From: Octopus sinensis
Lineage: Eukaryota
Direction of reading: 5' to 3'
Assembly (NCBI RefSeq): GCF_006345805.1
Contig: NC_043023.1
Location: 14,942,001-15,006,000 of the forward strand
Length of the DNA: 64,000 bases
The notes under the pieces were generated by a model that made no database searches, was not told the origin of the DNA, and worked only from the letters and a program-made list of their open reading frames with translations. Made by a program: the position numbers and the translations under genes. Positions 1 through 12,781 of this stretch are shown piece by piece. Numbering within the stretch: the first letter of the stretch is position 1; each line of letters opens with the position of its first letter.

Positions 1-344
1 AAACTTCAAATAAAGTTTTAATTAGAAATTTCTTTGGAATATAGCATATAACTAGCAATCCATCAGTTACGAAGATGAGGGTTCCAGTTGAACTGATCAA
101 CAGACGAGCAAGTGGCTGAGCACTTCATAGACACACGTAACCTTAACATAGTTCTCAGGAAGACAAGGCAGGCCCATTGAATTACAAATACTTCTTGATT
201 TTGCCAGCTCAGTGGACTAGAGCAACGTGAAATAAAGTGTCTTGCTCAAGGACACAACACGTCGCTGGGTATTGAACTGATGAGTGAAACAAGTAAAACA
301 TAAAAGATATAGAAGGTAATTAATCTAATCAATTAATTTCGTCA

Positions 345-1020
345 TCATCATCGGTTAACGTCTGCCTTCCATGCTGGCATGGGTTAGACAGTTGACAGGA
401 GCTAGCCAGGTAGAAAACTGGTGGCAAACAGGCAGAAACGTTAGCATGCCGCGTAAAATGCTTAGCGGTATTTCGTCTGCCGCTACGTTCTGAGTTCAAA
501 TTCCGCCGAGGTCGACTTTGCCTTTCATCCTCTCGGGGTCAATAAATTAAGTAGCAGTTAAACACTGGGGTCGATGTAATCGACTTAATACCTATGTCTG
601 TCCTTGTTTGTTCCCTCTACGTTTAGCCCCTTGTGGGTAATAAAGAAATAGGTATTTCGTCTGCCGTTACATTCTGAGTTCAAATTCCACCGAGGTCGCC
701 TGCCTTTCCTCCTTTCAGGGTTGATTAAATAAGTACCAGTTACGCACTGGGGTGGATATAATTGACTTGATCAGTTTGTCTGTCCTTGTTTGTTCTCTCT
801 GTGTGTAGCCCCTTGTGGGCAGTAAAGAAATAAAAACTGCGCCAGGCTTCTGTTTTGGCATGGCTTCTATAACTGGATGCCCTTCCTAAGACCAACTACC
901 CTGCAGAGTGGTCAGAGTGCTTTTTATGTGGCACCAGCACAGGCGAGGTCAGTTCTGGCATGGTTTTTACAGCGGGATGTCCTTCCAAATGCCAACCCCT
1001 TTACAGTTGGCATTTGGAAG
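345..1020 (-). mobile_element. RTE-type LINE 3' end / 3' UTR fragment, interrupted by a SINE at 421-832
   Basis: TCATCATCATCGGTTAACGTCTGCCTTCCATGCTGGCATGGGTT is the reverse complement of the (GAT)n-tailed 3' end also seen at 6222, 17990, 26550 and 49880; carries the GGATGCCCTTCCTAA module. Confidence 0.7.
421..832 (+). mobile_element. SINE family B (GGCAGAAACGTTAGC head), head-to-tail dimer
   Basis: GAGTTCAAATTCC B-box-like motif, GTCGACTTTGCCTTTCATCC core, 3' module repeated after the junction GAAATA|GGTATTTC at 650; 7-bp TSD AAAACTG (414-420, 833-839). Confidence 0.85.
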
Positions 1021-1246
1021 GGCACAGGTATTAATTAGTCACATGACTTAGCAGGAAATACTAACTCACAACTGCTGATACTTAAGATCAATGTCCAGTC
1101 AGCTACCTTCTGCATCACTAGTACAGCCTCTCTGAGTAGGTTTGGGCTGAAAATTTTCCAATTACAAGATTTATGAAATACAATTTTTTAAAGCTATCTC
1201 TACAGATTTTTTTATACAAACTAGAGCCAGCACTGAAAGTTACATT

Positions 1247-1640
1247 TACTCTTTACTCTTTTACTTGTTTCAGTCATTTGACTGTGGCCATGCTGGAGCA
1301 CCGCCTTTAATCGAGCAACTCAACCCCAGGACTTATTCTTTTGTAAGCCCAGTACTTATTCTATCGGTCTCTTTTGCCTAACCGCTAAGTAACGGGGACA
1401 TAAACACACCAGCATCGGTTGTTAAGCAATGCTAGGGGGACAAACACAGACACACGCATATATATACATATATACAATGGGCTTCTTTCAGTTTCCGTCT
1501 ACCAAATCCACTCACAAGGCTTTGGTCGGCCCCAAGGCTAAAGTAGAAGACACTTGCCCAAGGTGCCACACAGTGGGACTGAACCCGGAACCATGTGGTT
1601 GGTAAACAAGCTACTTACCACACAGCCACCCCTGCGCCTA
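1247..1640 (-). mobile_element. SINE family A (microsatellite-containing), full length; about 20 further copies or fragments in the window
   Basis: Same ~400-bp consensus at about 3190, 7010, 8840, 11385, 13495, 13890, 16920, 18440, 21370, 25860, 48340, 53735, 54440, 55825 and 63735; GGTTCAGTCCC B-box-like motif, internal (TA)n(TG)n tract, (GAGTAAAA)n tail. Confidence 0.9.
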
Positions 1641-1773
1641 TTTAGTATACAAATACAACTATGTGAACAATGCAACTGAAGATAGAAAAATAGGTAATGA
1701 GGGTTTATGCATATTTGAGGAGTTCTTGCTCCTTCTTCAGCCTCACATCCAATCCTTTAACTATCCACAAACC

Positions 1774-2386
1774 TCTATATATATAAAGCTGAAGTTGTCC
1801 ATGTATGGCAGGTTTGGTAGCCTTCAACTAACACTATCTCCTCTGAGACCCTGCGGTGCAAGTTGACCAAAATTGAGAGTATGATAGAAGAAGGTTTGCT
1901 CTTTCTTCCGTAGAAGAAAAAATTCAAATCGGACACATGTTAACACCAAAAATTATTTACATCAAAAAGGTGCTTTTTTTCTATGAAAATCCCTATTTTT
2001 TACGATTTTTTTCACTGCTGTGTCATCATTTTTCGGTGTATTTCAACTAGAAAAATGTTCACTTAAAGAGAATAACAAGCTACATAATGCAAAATTAAGA
2101 GTATGATAGAAGAAGGCTTGCTCTTCATTCCGTAGAAGAAAAAATTCAAATCGGACCATGTTAACACCAAAAATTATTTACATCAAAAAGGTGCTTTTTA
2201 TCTATGAAAATCTCTATTTTTTACGATTTTTTTTACTGCTGTGTCGTCATTTTTTTATGTATTTCAACCAGAAAAATGTTCACTTAAAGAGAATAACAAG
2301 CTACATAATGCAAACTTTTTACTTTTCAAAAATTCCAATTCTAAAGGGTCAAAACAAACACGAGCAACGCCGGGCGATACTGCTAG
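1774..2386 (+). mobile_element. Non-autonomous Helitron with an internal ~222-bp tandem duplication
   Basis: 5' TCTATATATATAAAG; 3' CACGAGCAACGCCGGG hairpin followed by CGATACTGCTAG|T; same 3' end as the element at 23020; duplicated segments start at 1876 and 2098. Confidence 0.75.
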
Positions 2387-3964
2387 TATTGTTTAAAAAA
2401 CCACTAAATTTAGCAGATGCATTGTATTTCGTTATCCAACCACAATATACTACAAAATATGTTACGGGTTTTTAAGTCAATAGTGTCGTACCCGTGTTAG
2501 GGCTATTAAATCGCTTTTTGAAGATGTCTTCTATGGATTTTCTATAGAAATTAGAGCCAGCTCAGGAAGGAAGTGAGAGCCAGAGCCAGTTTCAGCCGGG
2601 TTGGTAACGAAAGGGTTAATTTCACAAACAGGCTGTTCTATTGATCAGATCAACTGGAACCCTGTAGAAGATAGGTCTGGAACTCTGACAACTGAAGAAA
2701 GCCATCAAGGAAATAGGCACAGAGGCAAAAACTAATTCAAGATGGCTATCATTGATAAGAGATTCCTTCTGTAGGTGAAGACTGGCTCACCCCTTGCTGC
2801 CCCACTCAGGCACATAACAGCTAAGAGATGAAACGCTTGTGACCCTGAGATATGGAAACATTAGCAGCATTGTAATGGATTTAGAAGAGCTTGCAAAACC
2901 TCCAAGTAGCTCCAGCAGTTTCTACATGGGGCATTTACAAGCAGTCCAAGAATGCCATTAGAGTAACATTTAAGCCACATTACATATTTTTGGAATACAA
3001 CAATAAAAGATGGAGGACCTGAAGTATACTGCTGTAATGATGAACAAAGAATCCTACAACAGAGAGACACTGTGGCAGTTCAGTTGTTTCAGCTGAAGGA
3101 ATCTTAGATCTTCTGAAGCTCATTTTGAATTGGAGAATAACTGCATGTTCTTCATCGCAACTGAATTTGGGATGAAAGCAGAGTACCATTACTCTCTCTT
3201 TTACTCGTTTCAGTCATGTGACTGTGGATATGCTGGGAGCACCGCCTTTAGTCAAACAAATCGAACCCAGGACTTATTCTTTGTAAGCCTATTCTATCGG
3301 TTTCTTTTGTCAAACTGCTAAGTTACGGCGACGTAAACACACCAGCATCGGTTGTCAAGCCATGTTGGGGAGGACAAACACAGACATGCAAACATATACA
3401 CACACATACATATATACAACAGGCTTCTTTCAGTTTCCGTCTACCAAATCCACTCACAAGGCTTTGGTCGGACCGAGGCTATAGTAGAAGACACTTGCTC
3501 AAGGTGCCACGCAGTGGGACTGAACCCAGAACCATGAGGTTCATAAGCAAGCTACTTACCACACAGCCACTCCTACTTCACATTAAATTATATTCCAAGC
3601 AGTTTAATAATGATAAAATTATTTTAGCAAACACTTCATTATTTCCAAAATTAATTGAAACAGATACAGTAGATTTCGAAAGAAATATGGTCCTTCCATA
3701 AATTTTCAGACTATGTTCCAAAAACCACCTTCATAAAATTATTTTACTAAATTCTTCATAATCTTCAAAATTAATTGAAACAAAAAGACAGTGTATTTCA
3801 AAAGAAATATGGTAACCAAAGGGTTAAAGTGATCCAAAATCTTTCCATTGAGATTTCATGTTAATTTAGGTTCCAAACAGCAACATTAATGACAATATTG
3901 TTTTATTGTTTTACCATAAACCTTTTATAATCATCAAAATTAATTGAGACAATGTATTTCAACA

Positions 3965-4430
3965 GTAATCTATAATATAAATTGGATTTGGGTAATCATT
4001 GTATTCTTTCTTATCTTGAGGTTCACACCAAAACGCCTGGGTGGATTTGTGTGAAAAATGGCACACATGTGGAGACGGGTGCATAGATTGGAATGCAGTT
4101 TGTATTTTTTTTCCTAGCCCCCATAGTTACCGAGAAAATAGATTAAAACTTTTTCTAATAGAATTTCCCTGTTTGTTCCACCATTAAAACAACCAGTTGC
4201 TCACAGCTGGCATATACCATTTCACTAGCAACAAGGGGAGTACAGGATGACAGTCAGCCAAAACTTTCGCTCTCTTCTTTCACCTCTTTGTGGGGTTAAT
4301 AACCTTAATCTTTAGTTACAGTTTCTCATTCAAACTACATAATAGGCAGAATTGTCGTATTAAGACAGTAGGGTGTTTTGGCTGCTATTTCTTCCAGGTC
4401 TGAACTTAATTTTCATTCACATATGCCTAA
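3965..4430 (+). repeat. Unclassified ~470-bp interspersed repeat (inverted copy at 53066-53566, fragment at 28490-28570/29213-29235)
   Basis: Direct sequence match to the reverse complement of 53066-53566 throughout. Confidence 0.85.
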
Positions 4431-4761
4431 CCGAAAATAATCACAGCCACTTCATCTAAACAGACCAGGTGAAACCAGGCTTAGCTGCTAGTATCATAAT
4501 AAAACAATTAAAACAGAAATCTGAAAATGGAGAGGAGGGGGATCACAGTTTAAGTAGCATTTAGCCTAAAACTACCTTACAATGTTGAATTATTTTGTGC
4601 TTGTGTATTGTGTGACAAGGCTGGCCCTCAGAATTACAAGAACAACACATTTTTGCCAGCTGAGTGGACTGGAGCAATAAAAAATAAAGTGTCTTGCTCA
4701 AGGGAACAATAAGCCACCAGGAATTGAACTCACAACCTTACAATCGTGAGCCATATACCCT

Positions 4762-5185
4762 AACCACTAAGCCATGCACCTTCACTGAAGTTGATACAGA
4801 TTATCAACTGTTCCCTCACCTCAAAGTTCTGGCCATTATGCTTAATTTATAAACAATTATTACTCATTTTCATTAATTAATTAATTTCAATCGTTACCTC
4901 ACAACGGATTCTCAAAGCAGTCACTCATTCTGCTAGAAATGACAGCCAAGCCTACCAGTAATCATATCCTGTCGTATCAACCACTAAGCCACAAGCCTTC
5001 ACCAGGGTTGATATACATTATCAACCATACCCTCACCTCAAATTTCAGGCCATTATGCCTAATTTATAAACAATTATTACTGTTTTATTAATTAATTCCA
5101 ATTGTCACCTCACAATGATTCTCAATGCAGTCACCCATTCTGCTAGAAATGACAGCCAAACCACCCTGTAATTTTATCCCGCCAT
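4762..5185. repeat. Diverged tandem duplication, period about 218 bp
   Basis: AACCACTAAGCCA...TTTATAAACAATTATTACT...CATTCTGCTAGAAATGACAGCCAA occurs twice. Confidence 0.8.
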
Positions 5186-5606
5186 ATCAAGTAATAATGA
5201 ACAATACCAATATGTTGTGCAATGGTTGGGGGAGGGGGCAGTGGGAAGAGGGATGATATGGGGCGATGGGGGGTAGTCTGCCCCAGGAGATGCTTTTAAG
5301 TGTGTGGCACTTTTGGGTCTGCTGTGTAAGCCTGTATAGGAAATGGAGGATGAGGTGGTTGCAACAAATTCAAGAACTGCTGGCACATACTCCCTAGATA
5401 CATCAGTCCAACATGATTAAACACTTTCATATTAACCAACAAAAGTGAACTGGATGCATTTTAATATGGCACAAGCACAGCAGGGGTTGTCATGTCTTCT
5501 TCAGTAGTCTAAACCAGGGTCCATATAAGAATTTTTTTGGTGGTGCCGGGTGGTTCACAAAAGCAAAATGGTAAATTAGGAGCTTATGGTAATGTTTAAG
5601 GGTCCA

Positions 5607-6040
5607 AAGGCAGCGAGCTGGCGGAAACGTTAGTGCACCAGGCGAAATGTTTAGCAGTATTTTGTCTGCCGCTACCTTCTGAGTTCAAATTCCGCCGAGG
5701 TAGACTTTGCCTTTCATCCTTTCGGGGTCGATAAATTAAGTACCAGTTACGCACTGGGGTCGATGTAATCGACTTAATCCCTTTGTCTGTCCTTGTTTGT
5801 CCCCTCTGTGTTTAACCCCTTGTAGGCAATAAAGAAATAAGAAACGTTAGCACGCTGGGCGAAATGCTTAGTGGTATTTTGCCCATCGCTACGTTCCAAG
5901 TTCAAATTCTGCTGAGGTTGACTTTGCCTTTCATCCTTTCGGGGTCGATAAATTAAGCACCAGTTACACACTAGGGTCGATATAATCAACAATCCCTTTG
6001 TCCCCTCTATGTTTAGCCCCTTGTGGGTAATAAAGAAAAA
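5607..6040 (+). mobile_element. SINE family B dimer with 19-bp TSD
   Basis: GGTAATGTTTAAGGGTCCA at 5588-5606 and 6041-6059 flanks two head-to-tail modules (junction GAAATA|AGAAACGTTAGC at about 5830). Confidence 0.9.
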
Positions 6041-6221
6041 GGTAATGTTTAAGGGTCCATGAAAAAATTGTGCTTTAGATATACTTATTGCAAAAAACAG
6101 CTAAATTTCTTAAACATTTTACATAGCTCAACCTACACAAGTTAATGTGGGAACAACAAAATAGGAATTATGAAGGAAGTATCTGTAAAATTAGTTTTTA
6201 AACATTTGATGGCTGTGTAGA

Positions 6222-6575
6222 TCATCATCATCATCGTTTAACGTCCGCTTTCCATGCTAGCATGGGTTGGACGATTTGACTGAGGGCTGGCGAACCAGAT
6301 GGCTGCACCAGGCTCCAATCTGATCTGGCAGAGTTTCTACAACTGGATGCCCTTCCTAATGCCAACCACTCCAAGAGTGTAGTGGGTGCTTTTACGTACC
6401 ACCGGCACGGGGCCAGTCAGGCAGTACTGGCAATGACCTCGCTTGAATCTTTTACACATGCCACTGGCACAGGTGCCAGTGAGGCGATGCTGTTAACGAT
6501 CATGCTCGAATGGTGTCTTTTACGTGCCACCGGCAGAGGCCAGATAGCCGCTCTGGCAACGATCACGCTTGGATG
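6222..6575 (-). mobile_element. RTE-type LINE 3' UTR fragment
   Basis: (CAT)n tail, CGTTTAACGTCCGCTTTCCATGCTAGCATGGGTTGGACG terminus and repeated TACGTGCCACCGGCA modules. Confidence 0.75.
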
Positions 6576-7124
6576 ATGCTCTTAATACCCTACAAGCATG
6601 GGGTTCGAGTGCCAGTAAGGCAATAGATGAAATAGTAAAGAAAGGGGGTTCACTCAAACAGATGAGTAAATTGGGTGTCCATGAAAAAATTTCAAATGAA
6701 CACTTTCATATTAACCAACAAAAATATTTACTCATGAAACGACTGGAAACAAAATAGTCTCATATATGCAATATAGTTTTTCTATTCGTTACCTTATGAT
6801 GGCATTGGACACAGCAATGAAGCTTCCAGGTGACCCAGCCAGGGTTGATCAGGCCCCAGCTAGTTAGCATTACCCTGGGTGGCACTGGTCCTGCCAGGGT
6901 TTGCACAACCTGATCCACAGTCACCTCGAGACCACTGCTATCTCAACAGCAAACCTGTCTAGTGGTCCCTATGCAAAATGCACACACATACACATAAAAT
7001 ATATAGATAGAGGCACAGACATGATTGTATGGTAAGAAGCTTGCTTCCCAGCCACAGGGTTCCAAGTTCAGTCCCACTGTGAAGCACCTGGGGAAAATGT
7101 CTACTACTATAGTCCTGGGCCGAT

Positions 7125-7155
<31 letters not shown>

Positions 7156-7733
7156 TTATTATGTGTGTGTATTTGTCCCCCCATCATCACTTGACAACCA
7201 ATGTTGAGCTTACATCCCCGTAACTTAGCCATTCGGCAAAAGAGACCGATAGAATAAGCACTAAGCTTACAAAGAATAAGTTCCGGGATCAATTTCTTCA
7301 ACTAAAACCCTTGAAGGAAGTGCTCCAGCATGGCCATAGTTAAATGACTGAAACAAGTAAATGAATTAAAGAATATACATGTGCATGCACACATGCAGAA
7401 ATGCTCACACACACACACACACACAGAACAGCCATCACTTACATGTAATTGTATATTATTAACATGTACCATGCAGTGGTGTGTGGCTTAGTGGTTAAGG
7501 GGGTTGCACTTATGATCATAAGACTGTGGTTTCAATTCTTGGAACGGGCAACACCTAACCCTGAGCAAAGCACTTCATTTCACGTTGCTCCAGTCCACTC
7601 AGCTGGCAAAAGTGAGTAATCTGGTGACATACCGGCAGCCTGTCCAGTAGAGAAATGTATGTACCACAGAAACTAGGAAACCAGCCCTATGAGTCTGTAT
7701 GACTCAAAGGATTTTTATCCTTATTCTATAGGC

Positions 7734-7929
7734 CAGTGTTTTTCAAACTTTTTGCTGGAGCGGAACCCCAAGGAAACATTGGCTCGAGGAACCCCTGTGC
7801 AATAATTTAATAGTCTTATGCACATATATCTGCACAGGAGAATTAAAAATTACTGCCGATTTTAGCAGTTTTGTAACTTCTTGCGGAACCCCTGGACTGT
7901 ACTGGCGGAACCCTGGTTGAAAACCACTG
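7734..7929. mobile_element. hAT (Charlie-like) MITE, 196 bp
   Basis: TIRs CAGTGTTTTTCAA / TTGAAAACCACTG; 8-bp TSD CTATAGGC / CTATAAGC. Confidence 0.85.
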
Positions 7930-9539
7930 CTATAAGCACATGGCTCAGTAGTTAGATCACGGGACTCACAATCATGAGGTGATGAGTCCAATTCCCGGAC
8001 TCATCACCTCATGTGTTCTTGAGCAAGACACTTTATTTCACGTTAATCCAATCCACTCATCTGTAGAAATGAGTTGCGACATCACTGTATTGGTCTTTGC
8101 CTTTTCTTTGGATAACATTGGTGGCTGTGTACATGTGTCTGTATTTGTCCCCAACCAATACTTGACAACTGATGTTGGTGTATTTACATCCCCCGTAACT
8201 TAGCACTTCAGCAAAAGAGACCAATAGAATAAGTATGAGACTAAAAATATAAATAAATAAAAAGTACTGGCGTTAATTCATTTCACTAAAAAAAAAATCT
8301 TCGAGGTGGTGCCCCAGCATGGCCACAATCTATTGACTGAAACAAGCAGATAGCAGATAATTTAACATGTAAATTAGTGCAAATGTCATCTGCTTAACAT
8401 TTTCTTCGAAAATTTCACCTCTCTCTGATAGTCTGGTCGGTCACAGTGATTGAACACTACTTGGTAAAATTAATTAATAATTAATCAATTTTACCCTTTT
8501 ATTATTGACAATATATATATATATATATATATTATATTGAGGGTACTACTATTCGTAGATACCACACGCTAAAGAGGGACCAATGCGGTCAACACTACTA
8601 AAATAAACAAAATTTTACCGAATGCAAAACTTCAAAGCAAATCATTTAAAAAAAGAATTTAGTTACATATCACCTGTGATTTTGCAATTAATGCAGAATA
8701 TGCATTCCATGTTCATCAGTGCAACAAACTCAAGACATATAAGAAAGAACATAACGTTACAAGCTCGATAGCCAACCGTAGAATTCGTCGTAGCATGTAC
8801 GAATGTTTATCTTTACATATATATATATGATGTACAGGTGTAGCTGTGTGGCAAGAGCTTCTAAACCACATGGTTCTGAGTTTAGTCCCACTGTATGTAA
8901 AAGAATCCATTATGTATGGGTGTGGGGTGCACATCGCATGGGCAAATGTTTATTACCCACCACTGCTTGACAACCTGTGTTTGTTTGTTTACATTCCCAT
9001 AATTCTGCAGTTTGGCAAAAGAGACTGATAGAGTAAGTAACTAGGCTTTACAAAAATAGGTGCAGGGTCAATTTGGTTGACTGAAACCTTTGAAGGTGGT
9101 GCTCCAGTATGGCCATAGTACCAATGACAAAAACAAATATAAAAGTTATGTATATGTGCATGTATGTTTTGGTCCTCTTGTCTTGACATCACATGACAGC
9201 TGTAAAGGAGTGCCCATGTCATACATGCAGTGTTGTTCATTTCCAATATTCTCCGAAAACTTGCCTGACCATTAGCGAATATTACCTTGCTAGGAAACAG
9301 GTGAGGTTTGACGACAATGAAGGCAAAGTTGCCATAGAAAAACTGCCTCGATAAATTCTATCTCACCCACAGAAACATGGAAAAGTGGACATTAAATGAT
9401 GGTGGTGGTGGTGATGATGATGACAACCTACCCAGCACTCCTACCACAGTAAAACACCCCCAATGTACTGTGTAGAATGGTTGGCTAATGAGTGAAAACA
9501 ATGTAGGGCAGTGGCACTCAACCATCACCTCTCTCTATC

Positions 9540-10830
9540 ATTTTATTTCTTTATTGCCCACAAGGGGCTAAACATAGAGGGGACAAACAAGGACAGACAC
9601 ACAGATTAAGTCGATTATATCGACCTCAGTGCATAACTGGTACTTATTTAATCGACCCTCAAAGTATGAAAGGCAAAGTCGACCTCGGCGGAATTTCAAC
9701 TCAGAACATAGCGGCAAACGAAATACCGCTAAGCATTTCGTCCACGTGCAAACGTTTCTACCAGCTCGCCGCCTTTTAAAGGATGTTAGGCAAAGTCAAC
9801 CTCGGCGGAATTCGAACTCAGAACGTCAAGACAGACGAAATATCTATTTCTGTACTACCCACAAGGGGCTTAAACACAGATAGGACAAACAAGGACAGAC
9901 AAACGGATTAAGTCGATAACATTGATTCCAGTGCGTAACAGGTACTTAATTTATCGACCCCGAAAGTATGAAAGGCAAAGTCGACCTCGGCGGAATTTCA
10001 ACTCAGAACATAGCGGCAAACGAAATACCGCTAAGCATTTCGTCCACGTGCAAACGTTTCTACCAGCTCGCCGCCTTTTAAAGGATGTTAGGCAAGTCAA
10101 CCTCGGCAATTTTGAACTCAGAACGTCAAGACAGACGAAATATCTATTTCTGTACTACCCACAAGGGGCTTAAACACAGATAGGACAAACAAGGACAGAC
10201 AAACGGATTAAGTCGATAACATTGATTCCAGTGCGTAACAGGTACTTAATTTATCGACCCCGAAAGTATGAAAGGCAAAGTCGACCTCGGCGGAATTTCA
10301 ACTCAGAACATAGCGGCAAACGAAATACCGCTAAGCATTTCGTCCACGTGCAAACGTTTCTACCAGCTCGCCGCCTTTTAAAGGATGTTAGGCAAAGTCA
10401 ACCTCGGCGGAATTTGAACTCAGAACGTCAAGACAGACGAAATATCTATTTCTGTACTAGCCACAAGGGGCTTAAACACAGATAGGACAAACAAGGACAG
10501 ACAAACGGATTAAGTCGACAACATTGATTCCAGTGCGTAACAGGTACTTATTTAATCGACCCCGAAAAGATGAAAAGCAAAGTCAACCTCGGCGGAATTT
10601 GAACTCAGAACGTCAAGACAGACGAAATATCTATTTCTGTACTACCCACAAGGGGCTTAAACACAGATAGGACAAACAAGGACAGACAAACGGATTAAGT
10701 CGATAACATTGATTCCAGTGCGTAACAGGTACTTATTTAATCGACCCCGAAAAGATGAAAAGCAAAGTCAACCTCGGCGGAATTTGAACTCAGAACGTAG
10801 TGGCCAACGAAATACCGCATTTTGTTGTTC
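9540..10830 (-). repeat. Tandem array of SINE family B modules (periods about 300, 302 and 185 bp)
   Basis: ATTGATTCCAGTGCGTAACAGG recurs at 9921, 10221, 10523 and 10708 and carries private variants shared by all units. Confidence 0.9.
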
Positions 10831-11566
10831 CCACATTAACTTGTGTAGGTTAAACAATGTAAAATTTAGCTAAAGCACAATTTTTTCATGGACCCTTAAA
10901 CATTACCATAAGCTCCTAATTTACCATTTTGCTTTTGTGAACCATCCTCCACCACCAAAAAAATCTTACATGGACCCTGGTTTAGACGACTGAAGAAGAC
11001 ATGACAACCCCTCCTGTGCTTGTGCCATATTAAAATGCATCCAGTTCACTTTGTAAAGTGACAGGTGTTAGTAAGGGCTCTAGCTGGGCTTCACTCAACC
11101 AGAGGGTGATGCAAGGTTTTCTTAAAATAAAGTAGAGCTTGTATTTTTTACTGTTGAAAAACGTTTGACACATCACCATTGGAGGGTACTTTTGAAGAGA
11201 TTTCATTGAATCAGTGCGGGTTTTGCATGAGGTGTCCAGGTGGCATATGAGTGATGCGTGTTTAGGGGAGGTTGGAGGAAAATGAGTATCTTCTGCTTGA
11301 TGTGATAGCAAGTGTGTCGTTGATACATATAGAAGGAAGAAAGTGGGAGGTAAGACAAAGTCCTGCAGCATACAAAAGTTGATAGAATAGGCATAGGAGT
11401 GGCTGTGTGGTAAGTAGCTTGCTAACCAACCACATGGTTTCGGGTTCAGTCCCACTGCGTGGCACCTTAGGCAAGTATCTTCTACTATATAGCCTCAGGC
11501 CTTGTGAGTGGATTTGGTAGACGGAAACTGAAAGAAGCCTGTTGTGTGTTTGTGTGTGTGTGTGTG

Positions 11567-11603
<37 letters not shown>

Positions 11604-11879
11604 ATATGTGTGCATATGTTTGTGTTTCTGTTTGTCCCCCCCACCATCGCTTGACAACCGATGCTAGTGTGTTTACGTCCCCTTAACTTAGCAGTTCGGC
11701 AAAAGAGACCAAAAGAATAACTCCTGGGGTCTATCTGCTCAACTAAAAGGCAGTGCTCCAGCATGGCCACAGTCAAATGACTGAAACAAGTAATAGAGTA
11801 AAAGAGAATGACAAACAGAAGGAGACCCCACTAACATGCCATGACAGGGGCAATTTGATAGGGAGTTACAAGACAAACA

Positions 11880-12150
11880 GACAACAAACAGGCAGTTATG
11901 ATAGGATGCCAGATACAGTCAAAAGTTTTGCTGATATCAAGAGCAACATCACTGATATCACCAGAACCTCTTTAAACTAAGATCCGAGAGGTGGGTAACA
12001 TAGGAGCATAGGTCTCCAGTGGATCTGACCCCATGGAAGCTGTACTGGTGGCCGTTAAGGAAAGAAACGGGGAGGTTCAAGATGGATGTCATTAATAGTT
12101 GTCTCCATAACTTTATGGATACTGGAAGGGAATACGAGACCAAAGTGAAC
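11880..12150 (-). pseudogene. Decayed LINE reverse-transcriptase fragment (CR1/L2/Jockey group)
   Basis: Minus strand reads GHQYSFHGVRSTGDLCSYVTH, then after a frameshift VALDISKTFDCIWH, matching the RT motifs QYGFRxxRST and LDISKAFDRVWH. Confidence 0.75.
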
Positions 12151-12781
12151 CCTTTAGCATTCAGAGTACCCTGTCAAATTTAATGCTTACTTATTCCCAC
12201 TGTTTTGAATCATGAAGGTGCATGGCTTGACTCACAACCATAAGGTTGTGAGTCTGATACCCAGTGGTGCATTGTCCTTGAGCAAGACACTTTACTTCAT
12301 GCTGCTCCAGTCCACTCAGCTAGCGAAAATGAATAGTGCCCATATTTTCAAAGGGCCACCTTGTCACATGGTGTCACACACAATCTCCTCAAAGATTATG
12401 CATGTCCGTGGAGTATTCAGACACTTGCACGTTAATTTCACAAGCAGGCTATTCACTGACCAGAACAATGGGAACACTTGTCATCATAACCAACTGGGTG
12501 CCATCCATTGTGGTTAGAGTGCCAGGCTCACAATTATAAGGTAGTGGGTTCCATCCCAGGACCAGTCTGCGTATTGTGTTCTTGAGCAAGACACTTTATT
12601 TCATGTTGCTCCAGTTCACTCAGCTGTAGATATCAGTTGCAATGTCACTGGCACCAAGCTGTATCGGCCTTTGCCTTTCCCTTGGATAACATCACTGGCA
12701 TGTGTGTGTGTGAGAGTGAGTGAGTGGGAGATTGAGTGAGAGTGATTGAGTGGGAGAATGAGTGAGAGTGAGTGTGAAATT

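Noticed and set aside
277-292. CTGATGAGTGAAAC resembling a hammerhead core
   Set aside because: Only 2 nt between CUGAUGA and GAAA (no stem II); explained by a junction with the SINE A end TGACTGAAACAAG
2640-3180. Coding-looking unique sequence with short ORFs
   Set aside because: Stops in all frames and no recognisable motif; probably an ancient LINE remnant, but I cannot support a call
9540-10830. Regularly spaced repeats resembling a CRISPR array
   Set aside because: Whole units are repeated with no unique spacers; SINE-derived; eukaryotic context; no cas genes
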